Assembly (NCBI GenBank): GCA_965204745.1
Contig: OZ242010.1
Coordinates: 1,760,001-1,824,000, forward strand
Length of the DNA: 64,000 bases
Source: Candidatus Latescibacterota bacterium
Lineage (GTDB): Bacteria; Latescibacterota; UBA2968
Direction of reading: 5' to 3'
The position numbers and the translations under genes are program-made. The notes below the pieces were generated by a model. That model saw only the letters and a list, made by a program, of their open reading frames with translations, did no database searches and was not told the DNA's origin. This document shows positions 49,536-60,116 of the stretch, one piece after another (position 1 is the stretch's first letter; each line of letters opens with the position of its first letter).

Positions 49536-50570
49536 TTATGGTACGAGGTGAACCTTGACCGAGCCGGAGTGTTTGTCGGCGGCGGTGTGGAAGGCGGCGG
49601 CGATGTCGGCAAAGGGATAGTGGTGGGTAACGAGTTTGGTCGCTTGCACGCGCCCCGACGCGATGAGGTCGATGGCGATGTCGAAATCGGTTCGCATGCC
49701 GCTAAAGCCGTAGCAATTGGAGCCGGTGATGTTGACCTCTGACCAGACGATAGAACGCAGATCGACTTCGAGGGGCTTGAAGTAGCCGGCGACGAGGACA
49801 ATCATGGCATGGCGGCGCGCTATGGCGATGGAATCGTCAAAATTCTGCGCGGTGCCCACGGTCTCGATGACCGCGTCATATCCCAGGCCATCGGTGAGGT
49901 CTTTGACCACATCCTTCACATCGGTCACTGTAATATCCACAACGCGATCCGCGCCCAAGTCCTTGGCCAGGGCCGCTTGTTGGGGGTATTTGGTGGTGAT
50001 GAGGGTTTCGCGCACGCCAATGGCTTTGGCAACCGCGAGGCAGAGTTGACCAATGGTTCCGCCGCCGATGATGGCGACCCGGTCTTGATAAGATGCCTTT
50101 GCCTGCGCCAATGCGCGATGTGCTACTGCGAGGGGTTCGACCAACGCGCCTTGTTCAAAGGTCAGGTCGGGTAATTTGAAAACGCTGTTTGCGTGCGCGG
50201 TCGTGTATTCGGCAAACCCGCCGTGCGACCCGCCCGAAAACCACTTGCGGTTGCGGCAGTGGTTGTATGCCCCAATGCGGCAGTAGTGGCAGGTGCGACA
50301 ATGCGAAAAGCACTCGGCGGTGACGAGGTCCCCGGGTTGGATGCCGGTCACGCCCTCGCCGACTTCGGTCACTGTGCCGCACAATTCGTGCCCGGTGGCG
50401 CGTTCATGCGTGGGCGGCCATTCGCCAAAGTAGTTGTGCAAATCGCTCCCGCAAATGCCGGAGCTTTTTGTTTTCAGGGTGATATACCCCGGCGCAGGGG
50501 GTTGGTATTCCACCTCTTGCCATTCAATTTCGCGGATGCCTTTGTAAAGCGCGGCTTTCATGGTGGTCAT
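49536..50570 (-). CDS. Zn-dependent alcohol dehydrogenase-family protein
   Basis: GICGSD, GHE, C..C..C...C, GGFAEY, GGGTIG. Confidence 0.92.
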   Translation of the reverse strand: MTTMKAALYKGIREIEWQEVEYQPPAPGYITLKTKSSGICGSDLHNYFGEWPPTHERATGHELCGTVTEVGEGVTGIQPGDLVTAECFSHCRTCHYCRIGAYNHCRNRKWFSGGSHGGFAEYTTAHANSVFKLPDLTFEQGALVEPLAVAHRALAQAKASYQDRVAIIGGGTIGQLCLAVAKAIGVRETLITTKYPQQAALAKDLGADRVVDITVTDVKDVVKDLTDGLGYDAVIETVGTAQNFDDSIAIARRHAMIVLVAGYFKPLEVDLRSIVWSEVNITGSNCYGFSGMRTDFDIAIDLIASGRVQATKLVTHHYPFADIAAAFHTAADKHSGSVKVHLVP

Positions 50571-50682
50571 GGGAATCTCCTGTGGGAATGGACGGAACGG
50601 GGGACAACTGCAATAGCAGTTCATTGAAGCGTGTAATGGTTGGGGGATTGGGCGGGGACTGACCACTGACTACTGACTACTA

Positions 50683-51063
50683 GGTTGTGTTGACATTTCA
50701 TTTTTTTGACGTTACGCCCAGAGTAGCAACTGTGTTGCTTCTTGCTCATTTAAGGCGTTTCCTTTGATGGCTTCTCGGTCTGATTGCTCTGATGGCGTTG
50801 ACCGAGGGGACCTATCCCCCGGCCCCTTTCCTACGAGGAAAGGGGAGTAAAGTGCCTTTGATGGCTTCTCGCTCTGGTTGCTCTGATGGCGTTGCGCGAG
50901 GGTATAAAGCGATTAAATATCCCTCATCAATCCCCTCGCAAAACCGCTCACAGTTCCCCCCTTCCTCGCAGGAAGGGGGGTTAGGGGGGTAGGTCCGATA
51001 GAACTTGATTTTTTCGATAAACCGCTCAAGCCAGTTGCTTTGCTCGTAAATGTCAACAGAACC
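50683..51063 (-). mobile_element. IS5-derived MITE carrying repeat family A
   Basis: TIRs GGTTGTGTTGACATTT / AAATGTCAACAGAACC; TA/TG flanks; both arms shared with 62127-62618. Confidence 0.8.
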
Positions 51064-51081
51064 TGACCACTAACCACTCAT

Positions 51082-52047
51082 CTATGGTCGCAGTTCGCCC
51101 AGTGATCGTTCGCCGGGGTGGACAAATTCCACGGTTGGGCTTTCAACGCGGCCATACGCATGCCACACCTTGAAGCCGAGTAGCGCGAGCAAGTCGACCG
51201 AGGCATGGGCGAGGACTTCGGGCGACGTGCCCAAAGTGAAGTTTTCTTGCGGCCGGAACTGGGGGCCGCAAAAGGTGGTGAGAATGGCCCAGCGCAGTTG
51301 ATCGCCCACATTGGCGCCCGTGCCGTGCCAGATCCGGCCGTCGAGAAACCCAACTGTGCCGGGCGGGCCTTCCAAAGCCACGGTCTCAACCGCGTTGTCA
51401 TCTGAATGATCCGGGCGGCGTCCCCAAAGGTGGCTGCGCGGAACGACGCGGGTGCCGCCGTTTTCGGATGTGAACGCGCCGATCATCCACACCACATTGA
51501 CGACCACGCGCGGCGAGATGAACGAGGCGTTGGGTTCGTCTGTTTGTTCGCGGGTGATGGAACCCACGGGCAAATGCGCTCTGTGTGGGCGCGTGGGCGC
51601 GGGCATCCACCACTGATCCGTGTGCAGGCGCATGGCAACGCCGCCGGGCTTGGCGATATTGGCCGAATGGCTCGACAGCAAATAATCATGGCCCAAGGCG
51701 TGATCCGCGATGTTGCGGACGCCGGCGTGTGAGAGCAGGTCTCGAAAGACGCGGCCTTTGTTGATCAGCATCCACACGCGCTGGTTGATCCCTCCTGCGG
51801 ACTGCGTAAATGCCCGAGCGCGCACCTGCCCATCCGAGTCCCGAAAGTCGCCCCAATTCTGCTTCGCGCCCCCGTCTTCAAATGCGAGGCCGCGTTGCTT
51901 TTCCGCGATGGCCTGTTCTCGCAGGCGGGTTTTGATTTTTGACAGGGATTCTGCGTCGAGTGCGTTGGCGAGCAAGCCATAGCCGTACGTGTCGAGTTGC
52001 GCTTTGACCTGCGCGAGGTCTTCGGTGGGATGTGGCAGGTTAGACAT
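51082..52047 (-). CDS. Phytanoyl-CoA dioxygenase (PhyH) family protein
   Basis: LHTD, FTSENGGTRVVPRSH, IWHGTGAN...R. Confidence 0.9.
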   Translation of the reverse strand: MSNLPHPTEDLAQVKAQLDTYGYGLLANALDAESLSKIKTRLREQAIAEKQRGLAFEDGGAKQNWGDFRDSDGQVRARAFTQSAGGINQRVWMLINKGRVFRDLLSHAGVRNIADHALGHDYLLSSHSANIAKPGGVAMRLHTDQWWMPAPTRPHRAHLPVGSITREQTDEPNASFISPRVVVNVVWMIGAFTSENGGTRVVPRSHLWGRRPDHSDDNAVETVALEGPPGTVGFLDGRIWHGTGANVGDQLRWAILTTFCGPQFRPQENFTLGTSPEVLAHASVDLLALLGFKVWHAYGRVESPTVEFVHPGERSLGELRP

Positions 52048-52119
52048 GGGTATTCCTTTCATCTTCGGACGGGCACAGGGGCACCACCCCTACGATTGCC
52101 TCTCATCCGCGCCATCCGT

Positions 52120-53430
52120 TTAGTCCGCTCGCCCGTGCGGTGAAATTCCGAACTGGCGCAATGTGCTTTCCAATGTTGGGCGGTGGAGGCGAATGCGGTC
52201 GTCATTCAGCAAATAGGAGAAAACATAGCCGAGGCCGAGCATCAAAATGCCGATCAAAAAGCAATAGATGACCGCGCGGTCCGGGTATTCGTCTTTGAGA
52301 TAGCCCACGTAGAGCGGGCCGGTGATGCCCGCGGCGGCCCAGGCAGTCAAAATCGCGCCGTAGATCGTGGACATTCTCTCTGTGCCAAACACGTCGAGCA
52401 CAAAAGAGGGCATGGTGGCAAAGCCCCCGCCAAAACACAAGAGGACATAACAAACGAGCGCGGAAAAGATCCATGGATTGCGCTCCGTCATCAGGATGCC
52501 AAAGACGATCATCTGGCTGGCGAGCAAAATTCTGAAAATGCCGACCCGGCTGATGCGATCCGATAACAACCCCCAAAACAGCCGGCCCACGCCATTGCAC
52601 AGCGAACTGACCGCGATCAGCGTGGCGCCGTATTCGGCCAAGGTCGCCGGCTCTATGGACGGGTCCGCAAGCCCCCAAACCTCTTGCAGGAGTTCGGACT
52701 GAAAGCTGATGATGGAGATGCCCGCGGCAATGTTGAAGAAAAACACGATCCACATGAGGACGAACTCGGAAGATCGCAAATAGGGCGCGACCGAGTCGTC
52801 GGTTGCGCCCTGTGGCGTTCTCGCAACGGGAGAAACCGCGGTTGGGGGATCGCGCAACAACGCGCTGGCCGGCAACAAGATGCAGGCAAATACGACGCCG
52901 AGCCACAAGAAGACGAGCATCAGATCTTCCTCTGTTCGCAACACGAGAAAGGGCGCCAAGATCTTGCTCAAGAGAAACGCGCCCACGCCAAAGCCCATCA
53001 CCACGATTCCCGTCACCAGTCCCTTGCGGTCCGGAAACCACTTGGCCGCGGTTGCGACCGGCGTGACATAGCCAAGCCCAATGCCCGCGCCACCGACGAC
53101 GCCATACCCGAGATAGAAAAGCGCGAGGATGTCCAAGTGCAAGGCGAGGCTGGCGATGAGGTACCCGCCCGAAAACAGGGTGCTGCCTGCCACCGCCAAT
53201 TTGCGCGGGCCGAGCCGCGGGAGCATCGCGCCTGCCCACGTTGCGGATATGCCCAGCGAGAAGATCGCAATGCTAAACGCCCATGCGGTTTCCGTGAACG
53301 ACCAACCGAGTTGCCTGACCAAAAGCGTTTGAAAAAAACTCCACGCGTACACCGTGCCGAAGCAGATTTGCAACACCGTACAAGATAGGGCTATAATCGC
53401 ACGCGGAATCTGGATGGCTGATTTTGCCAT
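52120..53430 (-). CDS. OFA-family MFS transporter
   Basis: GTVYAWS, KWFPDRKGL.TG, GRLFWG.LSDRI. Confidence 0.9.
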   Translation of the reverse strand: MAKSAIQIPRAIIALSCTVLQICFGTVYAWSFFQTLLVRQLGWSFTETAWAFSIAIFSLGISATWAGAMLPRLGPRKLAVAGSTLFSGGYLIASLALHLDILALFYLGYGVVGGAGIGLGYVTPVATAAKWFPDRKGLVTGIVVMGFGVGAFLLSKILAPFLVLRTEEDLMLVFLWLGVVFACILLPASALLRDPPTAVSPVARTPQGATDDSVAPYLRSSEFVLMWIVFFFNIAAGISIISFQSELLQEVWGLADPSIEPATLAEYGATLIAVSSLCNGVGRLFWGLLSDRISRVGIFRILLASQMIVFGILMTERNPWIFSALVCYVLLCFGGGFATMPSFVLDVFGTERMSTIYGAILTAWAAAGITGPLYVGYLKDEYPDRAVIYCFLIGILMLGLGYVFSYLLNDDRIRLHRPTLESTLRQFGISPHGRAD

Positions 53431-53545
53431 ACTATTCTAAACTCCAATGTCCTGTTGCGATATGCTACCCGCGAGTGATGGCTTTGACGTTACACACATT
53501 CAGAGAAGCCATAGCAACCCTACCATCCCAAAAGCCCATCAGTTA

Positions 53546-53767
53546 AAGCCATCACGCACAGCGCGCAAGGCCGTCTCGCAACCAATCATCCATCTTGCAA
53601 CCCACTTTGCAGGCCAACGCATGTCGTGCTATTACAAAAGCGTTTTGCGCTGTGCAAGCCTCTCGGCGTTTGAGAGCGGCATTTTTTGCCTACTTTTTTT
53701 TGCTGTTGAAAAAAAGTAGGTCGCCGAAGGCATCGAAGGCAACAAACGATGCTTTAGGGCCAAACGC
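53546..53767. repeat. Structured repeat family B, copy 1 (copy 2 at 62329-62549)
   Basis: About 220 bp, highly similar; hairpin CCTACTTTTTTT-TGCTGTTG-AAAAAAAGTAGG. Confidence 0.92.
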
Positions 53768-53819
53768 TTGAGACAAGCAATGCATGACCCGTTTGGTATA
53801 ACATCCGGGGGAGGGGGTA

Positions 53820-54542
53820 TTATCCGCGTTCATCCGCGTTCATCTGTGGTTGCGTTTTTGAAACATGGAGAAAGAGCCTTGCCAAGTGCCCCACCTCGTC
53901 GTCGCGCGACAGCAATTTGTCGTCCGAGGCGTCGGCTTCTCCGCGGGCTAGGCGCGCGGCATAGCCGAGGAGGTCGCCCAAGGGCTTGGCCGCGAGGTTG
54001 ACGAACCAGATTGCGGCCAAAACGCCGATGACGAGGATGATGGAGATGAGATAGACCTGTTGCCCGATAGCCCGTTGGATTTTCAGCGCGATAAGCCCGG
54101 TGTCCATGCCGACGTGAACCGTGCCGGCAATGCCCGCCAAAATGGGACTGCCCACTTCCACAAAATCGCCCATGCCGGGCAGGCTGCGTTCAACGGCCGC
54201 GGTGTGAAACGGGTCGCTCATACGAATTTCTTCAGGAATGCCGGGCACGAACGTGTGGGCGAGAAATTCGCCGGATTCGTCCGTGATATAGATGTAGCGG
54301 ATGCTCTGAATTTCCACGAATTGATCGATGAGCGATTGCAGGGCCGCGAGGTCTCGGTTCAAGAGGATATCCACGCTGGAATCCGCGATGGTCTTGGCGA
54401 TGTTCTCGCTGTTGCTCTCGTATTCCTCGGACAAGTGCGTATCGACCGTATAAACGCACAAAACAGAGGTAGAAAGGCTGATGATGCCAAACAGGGCGAA
54501 AACCCCGAACTTGGTTTTTTGAAACAATTTTTGAATTTTCAT
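53820..54542 (-). CDS. Membrane protein with extracytoplasmic sensor domain and HAMP, no output domain
   Basis: Two TM helices; KPL..L...A..LARG...RDDEVGHLAR.F. Confidence 0.75.
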   Translation of the reverse strand: MKIQKLFQKTKFGVFALFGIISLSTSVLCVYTVDTHLSEEYESNSENIAKTIADSSVDILLNRDLAALQSLIDQFVEIQSIRYIYITDESGEFLAHTFVPGIPEEIRMSDPFHTAAVERSLPGMGDFVEVGSPILAGIAGTVHVGMDTGLIALKIQRAIGQQVYLISIILVIGVLAAIWFVNLAAKPLGDLLGYAARLARGEADASDDKLLSRDDEVGHLARLFLHVSKTQPQMNADERG

Positions 54543-54543
54543 G

Positions 54544-55827
54544 TTAGGCAAACCTCGTTTTCCAGTTGTCCAGTGTGACAAAGCGGCCGTTTTCGACCAC
54601 CGTGTAGTACACGCGCTGGAGCCCCTGCCGACGGGCGGGGCCAAAAGAGACCTGTTCGCCGATGCCCAGATCAAAATCCCGCACCGTGAAGACCGCGTGC
54701 TCGAGGTGGTCACGCCGCGGATCGTCGCCCAAGCGGCGGAGGATTTCGACCATCAATTTGGCGTTGAAAAATCCCTCGAGGCTGACAAAGCTGTGCGCGA
54801 AGGGCGCGTACGGTTCTTTCATCAGGTCTTGCGGCGGTTGCGGATCGTGGCGTTGCATCAAGTCGCGGTACTCCCCGATGCCTGGCGTGGACACTTCTTC
54901 GTAACTCGGCACCACTTGGGAATTGACGAGCAAGCGCGTGTAGCGGTCACCATAGCCTTCGGTGAGAAGTTTCAAGAGGTTTTCACTGCCCACAAAGGAC
55001 AAGTTGGCGATGGGCACGCGCAGGCCGAGATCCACCGAATCGCGCACAAAGGCCGCGCAGGCCGCGTACGAGCCGATGCAGATCACGGCTTCGGGATTTG
55101 ACGCTTTTAGGATTTCGACTTGTTTTCGCATGCTGCCGGTGAATTTTTCCCCGCGCCGGTACGTGGCCTCGCCAACGACGCGTTCCCCGTGCCGCTTCAG
55201 CGCACGCCGCACCCCGGCCCATCCGCTACGCCCGTACGCGTCGGCTTGGTAAAACACGGCAACTCGCCTGCGGTTGATGCGGACGAAATTATCCACTAGG
55301 CCCGCGGTTTCTTGGCGGTAGGACGCGCGCAGGTTAAACGCAAAGTCCCCATACGGCGGCTCTCGTTGCGGTTGCGCGCCCGTGAATGGGAAGAACAAGA
55401 AGATGTTTTCTTTCTGAAATTTTTTGAGCATGGGCAAGACGCGCGTGACCGTGGGCGTGCCCACGTACCCGAACAGCAAAAAGACGTGGTCTTGCCGGAT
55501 CAACTTCAGGGTGTTTTTGATGGATGGATCGGGCTGGTACCCGTCGTCATAAGTTTTGAGAACGATCTCGCGCCCCGCGATCCCGCCCTGCTGATTGACC
55601 TGCGTGAAGTACGCGCTCGCCCCGCGATAGAGTTCGATGCCCAACCCCCGCGACGGGCCGGAAAACGCCGCGGACATGCCGAGCGCGATCTCGGTGTCCG
55701 TCACGCCCGCTGCGGTCTGCGGCACAACACTGGCAACCGCCCTGAGTGCCGGTGCTATCGCGCAACACGCAAGCCCAGAGCGGATCCAGGCGCGTCTCGT
55801 CATGGTTTTCACATCGGATACTTTCAT
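54544..55827 (-). CDS. Periplasmic substrate-binding protein (LivJ-like)
   Basis: RR signal; GMSAAFSG, N..GGIAGR, DDGYQP, GTPT, RASY. Confidence 0.88.
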   Translation of the reverse strand: MKVSDVKTMTRRAWIRSGLACCAIAPALRAVASVVPQTAAGVTDTEIALGMSAAFSGPSRGLGIELYRGASAYFTQVNQQGGIAGREIVLKTYDDGYQPDPSIKNTLKLIRQDHVFLLFGYVGTPTVTRVLPMLKKFQKENIFLFFPFTGAQPQREPPYGDFAFNLRASYRQETAGLVDNFVRINRRRVAVFYQADAYGRSGWAGVRRALKRHGERVVGEATYRRGEKFTGSMRKQVEILKASNPEAVICIGSYAACAAFVRDSVDLGLRVPIANLSFVGSENLLKLLTEGYGDRYTRLLVNSQVVPSYEEVSTPGIGEYRDLMQRHDPQPPQDLMKEPYAPFAHSFVSLEGFFNAKLMVEILRRLGDDPRRDHLEHAVFTVRDFDLGIGEQVSFGPARRQGLQRVYYTVVENGRFVTLDNWKTRFA

Positions 55828-55992
55828 CGCTGCTCTGTTTCCTTGTCCAACTCGTCGATGATTTTTTGCGCGAGAGATCGAAAATCCTCAAAGCAATTCA
55901 CGACAGCCCGCTGTTGTGCGGCGGTTATTTGGTGAGGTCTCATGATATGGCTTCAAGCGCAATATAGCCTTGGATTGGCTTCGGTGCAAGAT

Positions 55993-56099
55993 GTAAGAGG
56001 CAAAAGGCAGTAGTCAGCGGTCAGTTGTCAGTTGTCAGTCCGCACCGCCCTGCCGCAAGCCCTAGCCCCAAGTAAGAGGCAAGAAGTAAGAGGCGAGAG
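55993..56099. repeat. Mixed heptamer arrays (GTAAGAG/GCAAGAA and GTCAGTT types)
   Basis: Directly visible. Confidence 0.75.
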
Positions 56100-56273
56100 C
56101 CACCCACCGCCCAACCGCCGCTTCGTCCTTCCCCTCCACTCAACCACCCATGCGTGCCTAAAAATACAAGAGGTGGTGATTTAGTGATTGACAAGTGGGG
56201 CTATTCAGATATTTTAGGCACGCATTGAGTTGACAGATGCGATTGCAACCACTTCCATACAAAGAGGGAAACC

Positions 56274-58313
56274 ATGAGTACACAGCTCCAAAGAAGAATC
56301 ATAAAAGTGCCAGACGGTAAAATTTGTGATTACATCGATGGCAAATTCCGAAAGAATACGAAGGAAGAGTATGTGCGTCAGATCATTGAAAAGAGATTGG
56401 TCAATGAGCATCAATACAAGCCGGAACAAATCAAAATTGAATTTGGTTTGAAAATGGGATCTCGCCGTCCGCGTGCGGATATCGTCGTCTTCCCAAAAGA
56501 CAGCCCTGAACTCACGCAAGACCACGTTTGGCTGATTGTGGAGTGCAAGGAGGAAACCGTTGAACCCAAAAACAACAAAGACGGTGTCGAGCAACTCAAG
56601 TCCTACATGAGTGCTTGTCCCAACTGTGAATGGGGGATGTGGACGAATGGCAAGTACCGGGAAGTGTTGCAAAAAAGAAAAGTGGCGGGAAAATATGAAT
56701 TTCGGGAATACAACGACATTCCCCCTGCAGATGGGTCTTTGGAAGATGTGGATCGGCCAAAGCGCAACAAATTGAAGAAAGCCTACGAGGACAATCTTTT
56801 GATGGTCTTCAAGACCTGCCACAACCACATTTATGCGACGGATGGCATGCAAAAACAGCCCGCATTTTTTGAGTTGTTAAAGCTGATCTTCTGCAAAACA
56901 CTGGATGAGCAAAATATCGGCAAGTCCCTTGAGTTTTACGCCACGTCAAAGGAACGCTCGAATCCGGATGGGCAATTGACGGTCAGGAACCGAATTTCCC
57001 AAATTTTCTACAAAGTCAAAGAGCGGTTTCCACAGATATTTGAAGCAAATGACGAGATCAAATTGCAACCCCGTTCGCTTGCCTGGACCGTTTCAGAGCT
57101 CCAATCGTATAGCCTGTTGGAAACCCATGTCGATATCAAGGGAAAAGCGTATGAGGAACTGGTCGGCGCGAATTTGCGAGGAGACCGAGGCGAGTTCTTC
57201 ACCCCGAGAAATATCATGCACATGACCGTTAAAATGATTAACCCAAAATTAGACGAGAAGATCTGCGATACGTCCTGCGGCACGGGCGGCTTTTTGGTTA
57301 TGGCGATGAACCACGTCATCGAGCAATTAAAAAAAGAAGCCGAAACGGATTTTGAAAAATTAGAACGCGAATGGACAGATCACGAAAAGAGCACGGTTAG
57401 AGACCGAATAAAGCAAATTGCAGAATCGAATTTCTACGGTTTTGACATCAACCCAGACTTGGTCAAAGCCACAAAAATGAACATGGTGATGAATAACGAC
57501 GGGAGCGGCAATATCTATCGCAGTGATTCGCTTTTACCACCGCACGAATGGCCCATCGATCTCAAAAAATCGTTGGCAGATGCGTTGAATATTCAAGCCG
57601 ATAGCATCACGAGCCCGGCCGCCATTGAATTTTTCGATGTCATCGTTACCAATCCACCGTTTGGAAGCAAAATCCCCATCAAGGACAGCCACATTCTCGA
57701 ACAATTTGAGATCGGCCATATTTGGCACAACGAGCAATATGACAAAAGAGGACAAAAGGGCTGGACGATTTCTGACGACTGTCAATCTTCCGCACCGCCC
57801 GAGCAATTGTTTATCGAACGTTGCTTGCAATTCCTCAAGCCCGGAGGCCGGTTGGCAATTGTCTTGCCCGACTCCATTTTGGGGAATCCGGGACTTGGAT
57901 ATATTCGCCAGTGGTTGATTGGAACAACGAGAATCATTGCCAGTGTGGATCTGCATGTCGATACTTTTAAACCCAAAAACGGAACGCAGACTTCGGTCTT
58001 GATCGTGCAGAAAAAGACCCACGAGGAAATCGAATCAGAACGGCGTTCAAGAGAAATCAAACCGTACGATATCTTTATGGCAATGGTCGAGAAAGTCGGC
58101 CACGACAAGCGGGGAAATACGCTCTTTAAGCGGGATGAGCACGGCAATGAAATTTGGACACCAGAAGAACCCAATGTATTGGAAATAGACAAAATCGCAG
58201 AGGACGCTGTCACCGATAGAACCGAAAGCAAAACCCGTACGATTGACGACCAAAGCCGCGAAGTCCCCGTTGTCTTTGAGGAGTGGAAACGCCAGGAGGG
58301 GATCCAATGGTAG
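56274..58313 (+). CDS. Fused restriction endonuclease / N6-adenine methyltransferase
   Basis: N-terminal EEYVRQ..ADIV..IVECK nuclease; GEFFTPR, DTSCGTGGF, NPPFG. Confidence 0.9.
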   Translation: MSTQLQRRIIKVPDGKICDYIDGKFRKNTKEEYVRQIIEKRLVNEHQYKPEQIKIEFGLKMGSRRPRADIVVFPKDSPELTQDHVWLIVECKEETVEPKNNKDGVEQLKSYMSACPNCEWGMWTNGKYREVLQKRKVAGKYEFREYNDIPPADGSLEDVDRPKRNKLKKAYEDNLLMVFKTCHNHIYATDGMQKQPAFFELLKLIFCKTLDEQNIGKSLEFYATSKERSNPDGQLTVRNRISQIFYKVKERFPQIFEANDEIKLQPRSLAWTVSELQSYSLLETHVDIKGKAYEELVGANLRGDRGEFFTPRNIMHMTVKMINPKLDEKICDTSCGTGGFLVMAMNHVIEQLKKEAETDFEKLEREWTDHEKSTVRDRIKQIAESNFYGFDINPDLVKATKMNMVMNNDGSGNIYRSDSLLPPHEWPIDLKKSLADALNIQADSITSPAAIEFFDVIVTNPPFGSKIPIKDSHILEQFEIGHIWHNEQYDKRGQKGWTISDDCQSSAPPEQLFIERCLQFLKPGGRLAIVLPDSILGNPGLGYIRQWLIGTTRIIASVDLHVDTFKPKNGTQTSVLIVQKKTHEEIESERRSREIKPYDIFMAMVEKVGHDKRGNTLFKRDEHGNEIWTPEEPNVLEIDKIAEDAVTDRTESKTRTIDDQSREVPVVFEEWKRQEGIQW

Positions 58314-59764
58314 CGCGTCACCCATCTACGCACACGGGGTTCAATCGGGAAATCCAAAGCTCCGATCTGAAATGGACAACGGTTGATATTCGAGAAGTCG
58401 CTGAAAATGACTACCGCTTAGAGGCGAGCGTTTACAGTAGCGCGGGCAGACAGGCAAGAGAGGATTTAGAACAGTGCAGGTGGGATATTGTGCATTTGGG
58501 CGATAAATTTATCGAGAATGCCTTTTATCTCGGGAGATTCAAAAGAATTTATGTTGAAGCAAAGGATGGTGTTCCCTTCATTCTGCCCTCACAAATCACA
58601 GAAGTCTATCCAAAAGCCAGTAAGTTTATTTCTCCTACGACAAATATTGATATTGAAAGTACGCGGGGCAAAAGAGGCCAGGTGTTGCTCACTCGTTCTG
58701 GGACTATCGGCATCGTTTCTTATGTATCCAAAACGCTCGAAAATCAAGCCTTATCGGATGATGTGATCCGCATAGAAGCGAAAGCGTATTCTGGATATAT
58801 TTATGCCTTTCTGAAATCAAAAACTGGCTTTGCGATCATAAATACCAACCCCTACGGGGCAGTGATTAAACACATCGAACCCAAACATCTAAATCACATT
58901 CCGATACCCAATCCGCCGCCCATCCTCAAACAAGCCATTCACGACTTGATCGAGGAATCCTTCAAATTGAGGGATGAATCCAATGACCTGATGGATGAGG
59001 CGCAGGCATTGTTAATAGACGCTTTGCAACTTCCCGACATCGAAGAATTACAAGCCGAGCAAATCGGTCAAAAAGCTGACCTACTCAACTATTCCGTTCC
59101 ACTAAATGCCTTGGACAATCGTCTGGACGCTTCTTATTATGTTCCCATTGTTCAGGCAATTGAACGGCATTTAGAGAAAACGGCAAAAAAGGTCGTCAAG
59201 GTTGGTGACAGTCGAATAAGCCAAGCGATTATCTTGCCCGGCCGATTCAAAAGGGTCTATGTTGAAGAAGACAATGGCGTTGTGTTCTTTGGTGGAAAAC
59301 AGATTTACGAGCTAGACCCAAGCAACAAAAAGTATCTGTCATTGGTGCATCATGGGGATAGAATTAGAAATCAATTAGCCTTGCATGAGAACATGACTAT
59401 GATTACATCTAGTGGAACAATCGGCAAAGTAACAATTGCTCCTAAACACTGGGAAGGCTGGACTGCGAATCAACATATCATTCGAGTCGTTCCTACAAAC
59501 GATGAAATTGCTGGCTACCTCTACGCTTGGCTTTCGACCGATTACGCCTATCACCTAATAACTCGATACACCTATGGGGCTGTGGTTAACGAGATCGATG
59601 ATAAGCAAGTTGCGGACATAGCGATTCCCCTGTTGCATAATGAAACCACTCAGCAGGCGATCAATGACAAAGTTTTGAACGCAAACCAAAAGCGGGCGGA
59701 AGCCTACGAGTTGGAGCAAGAGGCATTGACCATGCTCGATAAGCAGGTTATTTATGCACAGTGA
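58307..59764 (+). CDS. Restriction-modification specificity (S) subunit
   Basis: Two repeated TRDs (RLEAS.Y/RLDASYY, GRFKR.YVE, SGTIG, YGAV, IPIP). Confidence 0.88.
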   Translation: MVARHPSTHTGFNREIQSSDLKWTTVDIREVAENDYRLEASVYSSAGRQAREDLEQCRWDIVHLGDKFIENAFYLGRFKRIYVEAKDGVPFILPSQITEVYPKASKFISPTTNIDIESTRGKRGQVLLTRSGTIGIVSYVSKTLENQALSDDVIRIEAKAYSGYIYAFLKSKTGFAIINTNPYGAVIKHIEPKHLNHIPIPNPPPILKQAIHDLIEESFKLRDESNDLMDEAQALLIDALQLPDIEELQAEQIGQKADLLNYSVPLNALDNRLDASYYVPIVQAIERHLEKTAKKVVKVGDSRISQAIILPGRFKRVYVEEDNGVVFFGGKQIYELDPSNKKYLSLVHHGDRIRNQLALHENMTMITSSGTIGKVTIAPKHWEGWTANQHIIRVVPTNDEIAGYLYAWLSTDYAYHLITRYTYGAVVNEIDDKQVADIAIPLLHNETTQQAINDKVLNANQKRAEAYELEQEALTMLDKQVIYAQ

Positions 59765-60116
59765 ACCCGTTCGCGTCGCGCTCAAAATTCAAAAAACGCC
59801 CGGCGTCTGCGGTGGTCGCGCATGCGTGGGCAATACGCGCATCCCGGTGTGGACGCTGATCGGCTTTTTTCGCCAAGGCGCGACCGATGCAGAGGTGATG
59901 CGGGCGTATCCCGCACTCACCGCTGATCATCTGGATCTCGCACGGAAATACTACGAGACGCACCGCACGGAAATCAACCGCGATATTCGAGAACAGGATT
60001 CGCCACCTTTAACCGATGACGCGCTTGTGCAAGTTGCTGACGCGCTTTTCGTCAAACTCGACAAAATGGAGGCGCGGGATGCCGAGTCCAAATCGCGGGG
60101 AAGTCTGATTGATTGA
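59754..60116 (+). CDS. DUF433 antitoxin-like protein with C-terminal extension
   Basis: TPGVCGGRACV.NTRIPV, YPAL. Confidence 0.8.
   Translation: MHSEPVRVALKIQKTPGVCGGRACVGNTRIPVWTLIGFFRQGATDAEVMRAYPALTADHLDLARKYYETHRTEINRDIREQDSPPLTDDALVQVADALFVKLDKMEARDAESKSRGSLID

Noticed and set aside
52066-52094. GTAG-type REP-like half sites (also near 2587 and 44787)
   Set aside because: Single degenerate copies and no RAYT gene in the window; too weak to call.
55824-55943. 39-aa minus-strand ORF overlapping the binding-protein start
   Set aside because: No clear RBS or recognisable homology.
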